Source: Octopus vulgaris (taxonomy: Eukaryota). From it: a stretch of DNA of 64,000 nt. The notes under the pieces are model-generated. The model was not told the DNA's origin and searched no databases. It worked only from the letters and a program-made list of their open reading frames with translations. Made by a program: the position numbers and the translations under genes. Below are positions 1 to 14,078 of the stretch, one piece after another; position 1 is the stretch's first letter, and each line of letters opens with the position of its first letter. The stretch spans positions 26,164,001 to 26,228,000 of the forward strand of contig OX597840.1 in NCBI GenBank assembly GCA_951406725.2. Reading direction: 5' to 3'.

Positions 1-662
<662 letters not shown>

Positions 663-3600
663 CACAGTGACATTTGTTGTATGACATTCCGTCAGAAGGT
701 GAAGTTTGTATCTCATAAAGAACTCTACACATGATAGAAACTATATGAATGTGATATCTATGGTAAATCTTTCATTTGAAATTATCCATTATTGAATCAA
801 AAGAGCATTGACAGAGGAAGGAAAACATATCACTGTGATAGCAGTGCTGAATCATTCTTTGAAAATGGTGAATTGTTTGTACACAGTCATATTAATATGA
901 AAGATAAAACCATACCCTAAGACATTTGTGCTAAGTCAATCTATGAAAATGATCAATTATTAAAACATAACTGCATTCATACAGAAGAGGAACCATATCA
1001 CTACAATGATGATAATCATCATCATTTAAAATTCTCCTATTCATGCTTCTGTGGATCAGATGGAATTCATTGATGGAGATTTTCTACATCTGGGTACCTT
1101 TCTTGTGACCAATCCTCACCTGTTTCCAAGCAAGGAAATATTTTCCCTGGTGAGACATATTTACGCAGAGGACTGGAAATGAACAACTGCACAAGTATGA
1201 CGGTCATGATGGCCATTTACGGACATCACATAATATCTGGACAAGGATACACTCACTTGTGCATACACACACACACGTGTATATATGTATGTATGAAGAA
1301 TTTCTTATAGGAGATATTTTACATGTTTTCTCTTTGTCTAAAAGTTTGTAATTCCTATTAGGTAATGAAACACATGTAATGCTGAATAAATACTATCAAA
1401 CTGTTTTCCAGTCTTCTTATGTGATATGTAATTACTCTGCAAAAATTATTGATCCAAACCTCAGACAAAAATAATATTTATGTATATATATAATAACCAG
1501 CTTGTTTGTACAGCTGTTATACTTTCATTAGATTAGTGGAATAAATGAGGGGTGGGGACAGAAGTGGAGAAAAGGGAGGGAGAAATAGAGTAAGGTGATC
1601 TTATAATAATTCTGTTTCTCATTCTGTTACTTAGCTCGTCAGTAACACTTTCATGTTATTAGAGAAAAGGGGGTAGAGAGAGAAAAGATGATAAGACAAA
1701 GAGCGAGGCAAATAGAGAAAGAAAGGAAAGGGAGAGACAAAAAGACTAAGAAAGAAGCAAGCATGACATGTGATAGGGGGAATGTAATAGTTATTTTATG
1801 GTTAAAAAAGCTAGCTGAAGGTTGTGATATAGAGAATAGTTAGAAATATAATCTTAGCAGAGGGGTGATGTTCTGATGTTGATATTAAAGGAAGGAACAG
1901 AGAGAGAGAGAGATGATGATGATGGTGGTGGTGAGTTGATTTCTCTTTCTTTATAGAGACCATCACTCAACACTTGCACTTCTTTGCAATTATTCTTTTT
2001 TCGAAATTATTTCGTGTTAAAGTTGCCATATTTCGGTAATTTCAACCAATCAGTGACATGTATTCAGCTGAAGAAAATTACTGGTGTTGTTACCAACTAT
2101 CGGCGGTGTATATTTCGTCTGCCACTGTTATTTATGACATCGTTCGGGCGTTTTTACTGGTTTTACCTGTAAGGAACTTTACAACAATTTTTCTACTTAG
2201 GTTCTTAAGGTTACAATTAAGATTGGGGTCTTAGGTTTAGGGTTACGAAAAAAGTGAAAAGGGAAGAAATTGGAGGGGGAGGGGGGCACAAAAATTCAGG
2301 AAAACAGGATGGAAAAACTTTTATTCATACGAACGTAACGGAGATGGAATATGTCATGAATAAGAGTGACAAACGAAAGACTTAGGACTCATTGAATGCT
2401 TTAAGTTCTCAAAAAAAAAAAAGAAAAAAACAATCACACTGAGAGTTGCTGAAGCATGGAACAGACTGCCGGCATCAGTTGTTAGTTGTTGGAGCACTGC
2501 ATCCTTCAAAACTTCCATGCTTCCTGACATTCGCCAACACTACACCTGATTTTCTCCCCTCCATACACACGCAAGCATGTATCTGACTCATACACTGTTC
2601 GCTTTCTAGACTTTTTACATTGCTGCATATACTTTATACGCACTTTCTGACAAGTTGTGGTGCACCTGAGCACTGTATACAATAATTTCATTATTATTAT
2701 TATAATCGATGAGTGGAGATAATCGATAAACTGATTCCTTATGGTTTTTGCCAATTTCGGCAGATTTCGCTCGAATGTGATGTCCTTGTCACTTATTTCG
2801 GTTTGAAGTAAAGCGCTTCATCACTTAACGATCCTAACTTAAAACCGAGCAACGCCGGGCTACACTGCTACTCAAATATATATCAGTACAGCCGTTAATA
2901 TTTAAAGACAAGAGTTAGTTCCCCTTGTTAACTCTTCCTAATTTCATTTCCTCCTCCTGTTTCTCGCGCACCTTGATTGTTTGATCACTTTCACTTTCAA
3001 ACTGATATTTAAGAGGAAACCCAATCGAAAATATACAAATGATTGGTAATAGAATGTCTAAAGAAACAGTTTCAGCATTTTTATTATGTCGATCTGCAAA
3101 ATATGAAGTAACGTTCGTTGGAAAGAGTAAGTATCATTGTGTTATCCCTTCTCTTTTAGATATTTCATCGCATTTGTGTCTACGCCTTCCGGATCGCCGT
3201 CATTTCCTATATCTCTTAATGTCAGATTAATACCTCGTTTAGATAAAATTCCTCTTTCTTTTTGACTTGTAAATTGGACAATTTAGTTAAATGCGGATAC
3301 GGATTTTTGTCAGTGAAGAGGTCGCGGACTTATAGCGACGAAAATATTTTGACAAATTAAACTTAAATGTTGAAGTGAATCGAACGGCTTTTTTGTGTGT
3401 TTCTTAAATGGCTTACAAACACCTTCCACGCTGCAATTGTTTTCGTTCCAACACACGATCTCAGATCAAATCACTTGCTATGCGAGTACATCTTCGAAAT
3501 TACCATGTAATTTGTAAGAAAAGATGGGGAATGTATAAAAGTACGATTGTGCACTTGAATTACTGAAACGAAAATGCAATGTCGTATACAGACGAAATGA

Positions 3601-3798
3601 AAGGGCTTTGAATTGAAACACTTTGACCAAAAATAAATACAAAAATCCGTTTATATAATGTTTTACTCGAAAATTAGTAGTAAAATATATAAAAAAAATA
3701 TCGACACGACATATTAAATGAAGGTTGATAGCCATTGTTTAAAAACTATCACCTTGTGAAATTTAGTTTACTCAAATCAGTCACTAATAACTCGATTT

Positions 3799-4207
3799 GA
3801 ATCTTTTCGATTTGAACGGCAGTTTTTTCTAGCGGTATCATGAAATTATCACCCATAATTATGACCCTAGTATCGATCTATTGCATTTCAATCTGTTTTA
3901 AGGTTAGGGGTGGGGTGATGGGTATCTTTTTTCTTCTCAAATGTAAATAAACCCAATCTGTTTCTTAAACGAGGGACATATTCATATGGCACAGAATGAT
4001 TTTTTTTACCTCAATTGACGTCATTGATTAGTTGAAATTGCAGAAATTGAAGAAAAACAACAAATATCATACAAACTTTAGAATTTTCTCAATAAAGCCA
4101 AGAGAAAAAGTTGTTTTATAAACACATTCTACCAGTATACGAAATTTAAAAGTGTTTAGTTACGTGGAAATTATTTTTAAAAAGTGCCGTTCAAACCGAT
4201 AAGATCC
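3799..4207. mobile_element. About 410-bp MITE, family 1 (GGATC..GATCC TIRs, 8-bp TSD)
   Basis: TIRs gaatcttttcgatttgaacggcag / gtgccgttcaaaccgataagatcc; flanks ctcgattt / ctcaattt. Confidence 0.8.
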
Positions 4208-4559
4208 CTCAATTTTTGTGCTTGAAGCCTTATAAACATTTTTATGTCCATTAAAATATGTAGACATTATAATAATCAAAAATCTTTGAGAATGGTTTTA
4301 AGCGTGTGTTGGGATTTGGGTTTTGATTGCTGCACTGCGACTGCGTGGAGTTCTCTTCTGTTTTGCAGACATCATGTTCAACTTTGGTTTTAGGGAGTCT
4401 GGAATGTAGCAACTCGCTGCAAAAAAATATTATTGCGTTGAAGTTTCATTTTGCTTACAATTTAGCAATCTTTGTATTGTATATTGCTGTATTTTTCAGT
4501 CAGTTGAAGCCTTTTAAACTTTGGTATTCGAGTTTGGGTTTATAACAGTGTAGTCTTGT

Positions 4560-4822
4560 GGAGGCATATCGTCTAGTGGTTAGAGCAGTGGACTCCGCAG
4601 TCGAGTGATCGCAGGTTCGAATCTCAGACTGAGCGAAACACCTAAGCTCCAGCAGAAGGTAATGGTGAAACTTCTGCTGACTCTTTCACTACAACTTTCT
4701 CACTATTTCCTCCTGCATCTTGCAACTTACCTGCGACGGACTATCGTCCCATCCAGGTGGAGAACCTATACGCCAAGGAAGGAGGCTCTTATGAGCCTGG
4801 CATGGCTCGAGAAGGAACAACA
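4560..4822 (+). mobile_element. tRNA-derived SINE
   Basis: tRNA-like head with A-box-like (cgtctagtgg) and B box (ggttcgaatc) followed by a non-tRNA body. Confidence 0.7.
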
Positions 4823-4980
4823 GTGTGTTCTACTCCCTGATATAAACTTCTTGAAAACAGAGAGATGGGATAAGTTTAATGGTCCAGATAAAGGATTATT
4901 TCTACAATTTATGAAAACAGAAATGTCGTAAATTTGCACTTTTGAATATCTGCCTTTTAAACATACTTGATGTCTTATAT

Positions 4981-5000
4981 TATTTTTTCTATTCTTTCAG
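4981..5000 (+). promoter_or_regulatory. Candidate splice acceptor about 420-470 nt upstream of the ATG, present in the well-preserved ZNF copies
   Basis: ttttttctattctttcag: polypyrimidine tract plus CAG, also at about 10517 and 44766 and on the minus strand for the other copies. Confidence 0.4.
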
Positions 5001-5423
5001 AAAATCACATGAAATTGGCTAAAAAGTATTTTTTACTTTTAAAGAATCATCAATATGAATCATGTTTGAAAGACTCTGCAAAGATATTCTATAAACGTAT
5101 ACTCCTGCTTCTATAAAACATTGCTGAATTACAGTAAAATATTTCCTCTGAGAGAGAAAACATTTCTTTACTTCTGAAATGTGCAAGAGATAATTTTCTC
5201 TTTTAAATATACTTTGATAGATTTCGAAAAAGTATTTGCAGCATTTTTAAATATTGGCATTGATCACATTTAGAAGAAATATAAGAGAAGTGATATTTGT
5301 TTGGAATAAACTATAAAAGCAAAAAGAAGAAAAATATCCATATATTTTGGTGAGAGGAGAATTAGTATTGAAAAGTTGTTGATCTGTACAACTTGAAGTT
5401 TCAGGTTTATTTTTCTTGAAGAG

Positions 5424-6293
5424 ATGTCGGAAGAATTAGGAAAATCATCATATGACTGTGACATCTGCAAAGAGTCATTCTTAGAAGAAAGTAAATTCAA
5501 TCAACACAAACAAATTCATAAAGGGGAAGCACCATATCACTGTGATATCTGTGGTAAATCATTCTCTGTTCGCAGTAGCTTAACCAAACACAAGCGTATT
5601 CATACAGGGGAGAAACCATATCACTGTGATATCTGTGGTAAATCATTCTCTGATGGCACTACCTTAATTAAACACAAACGTATTCATACGGGAGACAAAC
5701 CATATCACTGTGATATCTGCGGTAAATCATTCTCTCATGCTCATAGCTTAACTACTCACAAGCGTACTCATACAGGGGACAAACCATACCACTGTGATAT
5801 CTGTGGTAAATCATTCTCCGATAGCACTACCTTAATTAAACACAAACGTATTCATACGGGAGACAAACCATATCACTGTGATATCTGCGGTAAATCATTC
5901 TCTCATGCTCATAGCTTAACTAAACACAAGCGTATTCATACCGGTGAGAAACCATACCACTGTGATATCTGTGGTAAATCATTCTCTATTGACAGTAACT
6001 TGACTGCACATAAACGTATTCATACAGGAGAGAAACCATATCACTGTAATATCTGTGGTAAATCATTCACTGTTAGCAGTCACTTAACTCAACATAGACG
6101 TATTCATACAGGAGAGAAACCATACCACTGTGATATCTGTGGTAAATCATTCTCTGTTAGCAGTAGCTTAACCAAACACAAGCGTATTCATACAGGTGAG
6201 GAACCATATCGCTGTGATATCTGTGGTAAATCATTCTCACAAAAACATCACTCAATTAAACACAAGTGTATTCGTTGTGAAGTTGATCCATAA
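5424..6293 (+). CDS. Tandem C2H2 zinc-finger protein, 289 aa, 10 repeats (type A start, X end)
   Basis: Open ORF with C-x2-C-x12-H-x3-H repeats and TG(E/D)KPY linkers; last repeat ends HKCIRC. Confidence 0.9.
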   Translation: MSEELGKSSYDCDICKESFLEESKFNQHKQIHKGEAPYHCDICGKSFSVRSSLTKHKRIHTGEKPYHCDICGKSFSDGTTLIKHKRIHTGDKPYHCDICGKSFSHAHSLTTHKRTHTGDKPYHCDICGKSFSDSTTLIKHKRIHTGDKPYHCDICGKSFSHAHSLTKHKRIHTGEKPYHCDICGKSFSIDSNLTAHKRIHTGEKPYHCNICGKSFTVSSHLTQHRRIHTGEKPYHCDICGKSFSVSSSLTKHKRIHTGEEPYRCDICGKSFSQKHHSIKHKCIRCEVDP

Positions 6294-6860
6294 CACAGCA
6301 ACATTGGTTGTATAACATTCCTTCAGAAGGACAAGTTTGTATCTCATAAAACCCTCTACACAAGAAAGAAACTATATCAATGTGATATCAATGGTAAGCC
6401 TTTCATTTGAAATGATCCATTAACGAATCGAAAGAGCATTGACAGAGGAAGGAAAACATATCACTGTGATATGAAAATGATCAATTATTAAAACATAACT
6501 GCATTCATACAGAAGAGGAACCATATCACTACAAAGATGATAATCATCATCATTTAAATTTCGCTTTTCCATGCTTCAATGGATCAGATGGAATTCATTG
6601 ATGGAGATTTTCCTGAGCTGGGTACCCTTTCTTGTCACCAATCCTCACCTGTTTCCAAGCAAGGAAATATTTTCCCTGGTGAGACATAATTTACGCAGAG
6701 GACTGGAAATGAAGATACACTCACTTGCGCATACACACACACACTCACACACGTGTATATATGTATGTATGAAGAATTTCTTATAGGAGATATTTTACAT
6801 GTTTTCTCTTTGTCTAAAAGTTTGTAATTCCTATTAGGTAATGAAACACATGTAATGCTG

Positions 6861-6866
6861 AATAAA
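6861..6866 (+). promoter_or_regulatory. Candidate poly(A) signal (homologues at 1385, 12698, 47459 on +; 17056 on -)
   Basis: AATAAA in a conserved gtaatgctgAATAAAta context 0.5-0.8 kb downstream of the ZNF stops. Confidence 0.45.
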
Positions 6867-9317
6867 TACTATCAAACTGTTTTCCAGTCTTATGTGATAT
6901 GTAATTACTCTGCAAAAATTATTATCCAAACCTCAGACAAAAATAATATTTATGTATATATATAATAACCAGCTTGTTTGTACAGCTGTTATACTTTCAT
7001 TAGATTAGTGGAATAAATGAGGGGTGGGGACAGAAGTGGAGAAAAGGGAGGGAGAAATAGAGTAAGGTGATCTTATAATAATTCTGCTTCTCATTCTGTT
7101 ACTTAGCTCGTCAGTAACACTTTCATGTTATTAGAGAAAAGGGGGTAGAGAGAGAAAAGATGATAAGACAAAGAGCGAGGCAAATAGAGAAAGAAAGGAA
7201 AGGGAGAGACAAAAAGAGTAAGAAAGAAGCAAGCATGACATGTGATGGGGGGATTGTAATAGTTATTTTATGGTTAAAAAAGCTAGCTAAATGTTGTGAT
7301 ATAGAGAAGAGTTAGAAATATAATCTTAGCAGAGGGGTGATGTTCTGATGTTGATATTAAAGGAAGGAACAGAGAGAGAGAGATGATGATGATGTCGGTG
7401 GTGAGTTGATTTCTCTTTTTTTATAGAGACCATCACTCAACACTTGCACTTCTTTGCAATTATTCTTTTTTGGAAATTATTTCGTGTTAAAGTTGCCATA
7501 TTTCGGTAATTTCAACCAATCAGTCACATGTATTCAGCTGAAGAAAATTACTGGTGTTGTTACCAACTATCAGCAGTGTATATTTTGTCTGCCACTCTTA
7601 TTTATGACATCGTTCGGGCGTTTTTACTGGTTTTACCTGTAAGGAACTTTACAACAATTTTTCTACTTAGGATTAGGTTCTTAAGGTTACAATTAAGATT
7701 GGGGTCTTAGGTTTAGGGTTACGAAAAAAGTGAAAAGGGAAGAAATTGGAGGGGGAGGGGGGCACAAAAATTCAGGAAAACGATGGAAAAACTTTGATGC
7801 CGTAGAAATGCACGAATGATTATGGTGCTGACATACCCTAGTTTATTCATACGAACGTAACGGAGATGGAATATGTCATGAATAAGAGTGACAAACGAAA
7901 GACTTAGGACTCATTGAATGCTTTAAGTTCTCAAAAAACAAAAAAGAAAAAAACAATCACGCTGAGAGTTGCTGAAGCATGGAACAGACTGCCGGCATCA
8001 GTTGTTAGTTGTCGGAGCACTGCATCCTTCAAAACTTCCATGCTTCCTGACATTCGCCAACACTACACCTGATTTCCTCCCCTCCATACACACACAAGCA
8101 TCTATCTGACTCATACATTGTTTGCTTTCCAGACTTTTTACATTGCTGCATATACTTTATACGCACTTTCTGACAAGTTGTGGTGCACCTGAGCACTGTA
8201 TACAATAATTTCATTATTATTATAATCGATGAGTGGAGATAATCGATAAACTGATTCCTTATGGTTTTTGCCAATTTCGGCAGATTTCGCTCGAATGTGA
8301 TGTCCTTGTCACTTATTTCGGTTTGAAGTTAATCGCTTCATCACTTAACGATCCTAACTTAAAACCGAGCAACGCCGGGCTACACTGCTACTCAAATATA
8401 TATCAGTACAGCCGTTAATATTTAAAGACAAGAGTTAACTCCCCTTGTTAACTCTTCCTAATTTCATTTCTTCCTCCTGTTTCTCGCGCACCTTGATTGC
8501 TTGATCACTTTCACTTTCAAACTGATATTTAAGAGGAAACCCAATCGAAAATATACAAATGATTGGTAATAGAATGTCTAAAGAAACAGTTTCAGCATTT
8601 TTATTATGTCGACCTGCAAAATATGAAGTAACGTTCGTTGGAAAGAGTAAGTATCATTGTGTTATCCCTTCTCTTTTAGATATTTCATCGCACTTGTGTC
8701 TACGCCTTCCGGATCGCCGTCATTTCCTATATTTCTTAATGTCAGATTAATACCTTGTTTAGATAAAATTCCTCTTTCTTTTTGACTTGTAAATTGGACA
8801 ATTTAGTTAAATGCGGATACGGATTTTTGTCAGTGAAGAGGTCGCGGACTTATAGCGACGAAAATATTTTGACAAATTAAACTTAAATGTTGAAGTGAAT
8901 CGAACGGCTTTTGTGTGTTTCTTAAATGGCTTACAAACACCTTCCACGCTGCAATTGTTTTCGTTCCAACACACGATCTCAGATCAAATCACTTGCTATG
9001 CGAGTACATCTTCGAAATTACCATGTAATTTGTAAGAAAAGATGGGGAATGTATAAAAGTACGATTGTGCACTTGAATTACTGAAACGAAAATGCAATGT
9101 CGTATACAGACGAAATGAAAGGGCTTTGAATTGAAACACTTTGACCAAAAATAAATACAAAAATCCGTTTATATAATGTTTTACTCGAAAATTAGTAGTA
9201 AATATATAAAAAAAAAATATCGACACGACATATTAAATGAAGGTTGATAGCCATTGTTTAAAAACTATCACCTTGTGAAATTTAGTTTACTCAAATCAGT
9301 CACTAATAACTCAATTT

Positions 9318-9725
9318 GAATCTTTTCGATTTGAACGGCAGTTTTTCTAGCGGTATCATATGAAATTATCACCCATAATTATGACCCTAGTATCGATCTA
9401 TTGCATTTCAATCTGTTTTAGGGTTAGGGGTGGGGTGAAGGGTATCTTTTTTCTTCTCAAATGTAAATAAACCCAATCTGTTTCTTAAACGAGGGACATA
9501 TTCATATGGCACAGAATGATTTTTTACCTCAATTGACGTCATTGATTAGTTGAAATTGCAGAAATTGAAGAAAAACAACAAATATCATACAAACTTTAGA
9601 ATTTTCTCAATAAAGCCAAGAGAAAAAGTTGTTTTATAAACACATTCTACCAGTATACGAAATTTAAAAGTGTTTAGTTACGTGGAAATTATTTTTAAAA
9701 AGTGCCGTTCAAACCGATAAGATCC
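9318..9725. mobile_element. MITE family 1 copy
   Basis: Same TIRs; perfect 8-bp TSD CTCAATTT at 9310-9317 and 9726-9733. Confidence 0.85.
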
Positions 9726-10077
9726 CTCAATTTTTGTGCTTGAAGCCTTATAAACATTTTTATGTCCATTAAAATATGTAGACATTATAATAATCAAAAA
9801 TCTTTGAGAATGGTTTTAAGCGTGTGTTGGGATTTGGGTTTTGATTGCTGCACTGCGACTGCGTGGAGTTCTCTTCTGTTTTGCAGACATCATGTTCAAC
9901 TTTGGTTTTAGGGAGTCTGGAATGTAGCAACTCGCTGCAAAAAAATATTATTGCGTTGAAGTTTCATTTTGCTTACAATTTAGCAATCTTTGTATTGTAT
10001 ATTGATGTATTTTTCAGTCAATTGAAGCCTTTTAAACTTTGGTATTCGAGTTTGGGTTTATAACAGTGTAGTCTTGT

Positions 10078-10338
10078 GGAGGCATATGGTCTAGTGGTTA
10101 GAGCAGTGGACTCGCAGTCGAGTGATCGCAGGTTCGAATCTCAGACTGAGTGAAACACCTAAGCTCCAGCAGAAGGTAATGGTGAAACTTCTGCTGACTC
10201 TTTCACTACAACTTTCTCACTCTTTCCTCCTGCATCTTGCAACTTACCTGCGACGGACTATCGTCCCATCCAGGTGGAGAACCTATACGCCAAGGAAGGA
10301 GGCTCTTATGAGCCTGGCATGGCTCGAGAAGGAACAAC
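10078..10338 (+). mobile_element. tRNA-derived SINE (duplicate)
   Basis: ggaggcatatggtctagtggttagagc..ggttcgaatc; near-identical to the 4560 copy. Confidence 0.72.
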
Positions 10339-10919
10339 AGTGTGTTCTACTCCCTGATATAAACTTCTTGAAAACAGAGAGATGGGATAAGTTTAATGGT
10401 CCAGATAAAGGATTATTTCTACAGTTTATGAAAACAGAAATGTCGTAAATTTGCACTTTTGAATATCTGCCTTTTAAACATACTTGATGTCTTATATTAT
10501 TTTTTCTATTCTTTCAGAAAATCACATGAAATTAGCTAAAAAGTAATTTTTACTTTTAAAGAATCATCAATATGTATCATGTTTGAAAGACTCTGCAAAG
10601 ATATTCTACAAACGTATAATCCTGCTTCTATAAAACATTGCTCAGTTACAGTAAAATATTTCCTCTGAGAGAGAAAGCATTTCTTTAGTTCTGTGTCTGA
10701 AATGTGCAAGAGAAAATTTTCTCTTTTAAATATACTTTGATGGATTTCCAAAGAGTATTTGCAACATTTTTAAATATTGGCATTGATCACATTTAGAAGA
10801 AATATAAGAGAAGTGATATTTGTTTGGAATAAACTATAAAAGCAAACAGAAGAAAAATATCCATAAATTTTGGTGAGAGGAGAATTAGTATTGAAAAGTT
10901 GTTGATCTTTACAACTTGA

Positions 10920-12017
<1,098 letters not shown>

Positions 12018-12796
12018 TAAACAGAAATCTTTCCTTACGAAGTGGGTCCATAACACAGTGATATTTGTTGTATAACATTTCCTCAAAAGGACAAAGGACG
12101 TATCTCATAAAGACATCCACAGAATATAGAAACTATATGAATGTGACATCTATGGTAAATCTTTGACATGAAATCATCCATTATTGAATCAAAAGAGCAT
12201 TGACAGAGGAAGGAAAACATATCACTGTGATGTTAACCTGAATCATTCTTTCAAAATGGTGAATTAATTATACACAGTCCTGTTAATATGAAGGATATGC
12301 CATACCCTAAGATATCTGATAATGATCAATTATAACATAAATGAATTCAAACAGAAGAGGAACCAAATCACTACGATGATGATGATCCTCATCATTTAAC
12401 ATTCACTTTTACATTCTTCTATGGATCGGATTGAATTCATTGATACCTTCCCTGTTTCCAAGCAAGGAAATATTTTCCCTGGTGAGACATATTTTACACA
12501 GAAGACTGGAAGTGAACAACTACACAAGTATGACGGCCATGATGGCCATTTACGGACATCACATAATGTCTGGACAAGGGTGCACACACACACACTTATG
12601 TATGTCTGAAGATTTTCTTATAAGAAATATCTTATATGTTCTCTACACATCTAAATGTTTGTAATTCCTATTAGGAAATGAAACACATGTAATGCTGAAT
12701 AAATAATATCAAACTTTTCTCCACTGTCCTTATGTGTTTTGTAATTACTCTAAAAAATATCATCCAGACTGCCCACAAAAATAATATATATGTATA

Positions 12797-13185
12797 CCGT
12801 AAATCCTTGAGTATAATCCGCATTTCTTTCCCAAAATTTATCGGTCAAAATCCCTTGTGCGTACTATATACGAGGTTGAAATTGAAAAATATTTTCTAAG
12901 CAATGTCCGAGTCTCTATTTTGCTGTCAGGCAAAGTTTATTCAGATGCAACATTTATTAAAATAAAAGTATTCAGAACACAGAATAACATGTAACAAAAT
13001 CAATTTGCAAACATATTTACATTCCCATATAACAGTTAAAAACATCACCATTATTGTATTACGCATGCGTGGAAGTGTTTGTTTGACTAGGTGCTGCTGG
13101 CTTAATTATGCACGACTCAAGTTAGAGAAGGGATGTGTATTATACACAAGGTTTAGGTTTAGGTGTTATACTCGAGGATTTACGG
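12797..13185. mobile_element. About 390-bp MITE, family 2 (Tc1/mariner/pogo-type, TA TSD)
   Basis: TA-ccgtaaatccttgagtataa ... ttatactcgaggatttacgg-TA; absent from the paralogous site at about 1481-1500. Confidence 0.8.
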
Positions 13186-13211
13186 TATATCTATATATAG
13201 TAACCAGCTTG

Positions 13212-13476
13212 TTTGTGGTGAAAGTCGGTGTGCATCAGGGATCTGTGTTATCACCATTGTTGTTTGCATTAGTGGTTGAAGTGGAGAAGGAGAATGCAAG
13301 AAAGAGACCGTAAATGGAGATACTGTATGCAGATGACCTTGTTCTGATGAGGGAGAAGTTTTGGAAATGGAAGGAGGCATTTGAAAGCAAGGGTTTGAAG
13401 GTAAACCTTGGGAAAACAAAAGGTGATAGTGAGTGGGGTGGAAGGAGAAGTGTTGGTGAGTAAGGTGGATCCATGT
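13212..13476 (+). mobile_element. Non-LTR retrotransposon RT fragment (RTE-like), degenerate
   Basis: Translates VKVGVHQGSVLSPLLF..*MEILYADDLVL..ESKGLKVNLGKTK..KVDPC, containing the QG-SP and YADD motifs. Confidence 0.85.
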
Positions 13477-13668
13477 AGAAAGAGAAAATGATGTTTTATA
13501 AACACATTCTACCAGTATACGAAGTTTAACATTTTTTAGTTACCTAGAAATTATGTTAAAAAACAGCCATTCAAACCAAAAAGATCTGATAATTTTAATA
13601 TTTGAGGGATTCATATAATTTTCCATGCAGAATTTCATCAGTTAATTTGCTTCTTCCACAGAAAGTTG

Positions 13669-14078
13669 GGATCATTTCGGTTTGAACAGCAGTTTTTTAA
13701 AATAATTTCTAGGTAACCAAACACTTTTAAACTTCCTATACTGGTAGAATGTGTTTATAAAACATCTTTTTCTTTTGGCTTTATTGAGAAAATTCTATAG
13801 TTTGTAAGACATTTGTTGTGTTTTTCCTTCAATTTCTGCAATTTCAACCAATCAATGACGTCTATTGAGGTGAAAACATTCTGTACCGTATGAATATGTC
13901 CCTCGTTTAAGAAACAGATTGGGTTTATTTACATTTGTGAAGAAAAAAGATACCCTTTCCCCTAACCCCAACCCTAAAACACATTGAAATGCAATAGATC
14001 GATACTAGGGTCATAATTATGGGTGACAATTTCATATGACATCACTAGAAAAAACTGCTGTTCAAACCGATAAGATCC
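13669..14078. mobile_element. MITE family 1, independent insertion
   Basis: Same TIRs and interior in the opposite orientation; different TSD gaaagttg / aaaagttg. A one-ended fragment lies at about 13478-13587. Confidence 0.85.

Noticed and set aside
1540-1935. Purine-rich tract with (AG)n(GAT)n microsatellites
   Set aside because: Ordinary low-complexity sequence carried along by the duplications.
2205-2245. TTAGG/TTAGGG-like motifs
   Set aside because: Only a few degenerate units inside duplicated spacer or MITE sequence; not a telomeric array.
1984-4545. Short spacer ORFs of 60-100 aa, recurring across the window
   Set aside because: No recognisable domains, mostly non-ATG starts, low-complexity AT-rich translations; recurrence reflects duplication.
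4560-4635. Possible tRNA genes at SINE heads (also 51640-51716)
   Set aside because: No complete acceptor stem or Pol III terminator; they continue into a SINE body, and one has a TSD.
4605-4931. 108-aa ORF repeated at 10122 and 35147
   Set aside because: Starts at GTG inside a SINE, is frameshifted in the 29599 copy, and its conservation is explained by recent duplication.
4928-5000. Possible 73-nt intron (GTAAAT..TTTCAG)
   Set aside because: The donor is not conserved (ATAAAT upstream of 39988 and 54693, GTCAAT at about 44694); only the acceptor is kept as a low-confidence feature.
5424-6293. 84-bp repeats with variable inserts resembling a CRISPR array
   Set aside because: They are in-frame C2H2 coding repeats and the variable part is the recognition helix; no cas genes; eukaryotic context.
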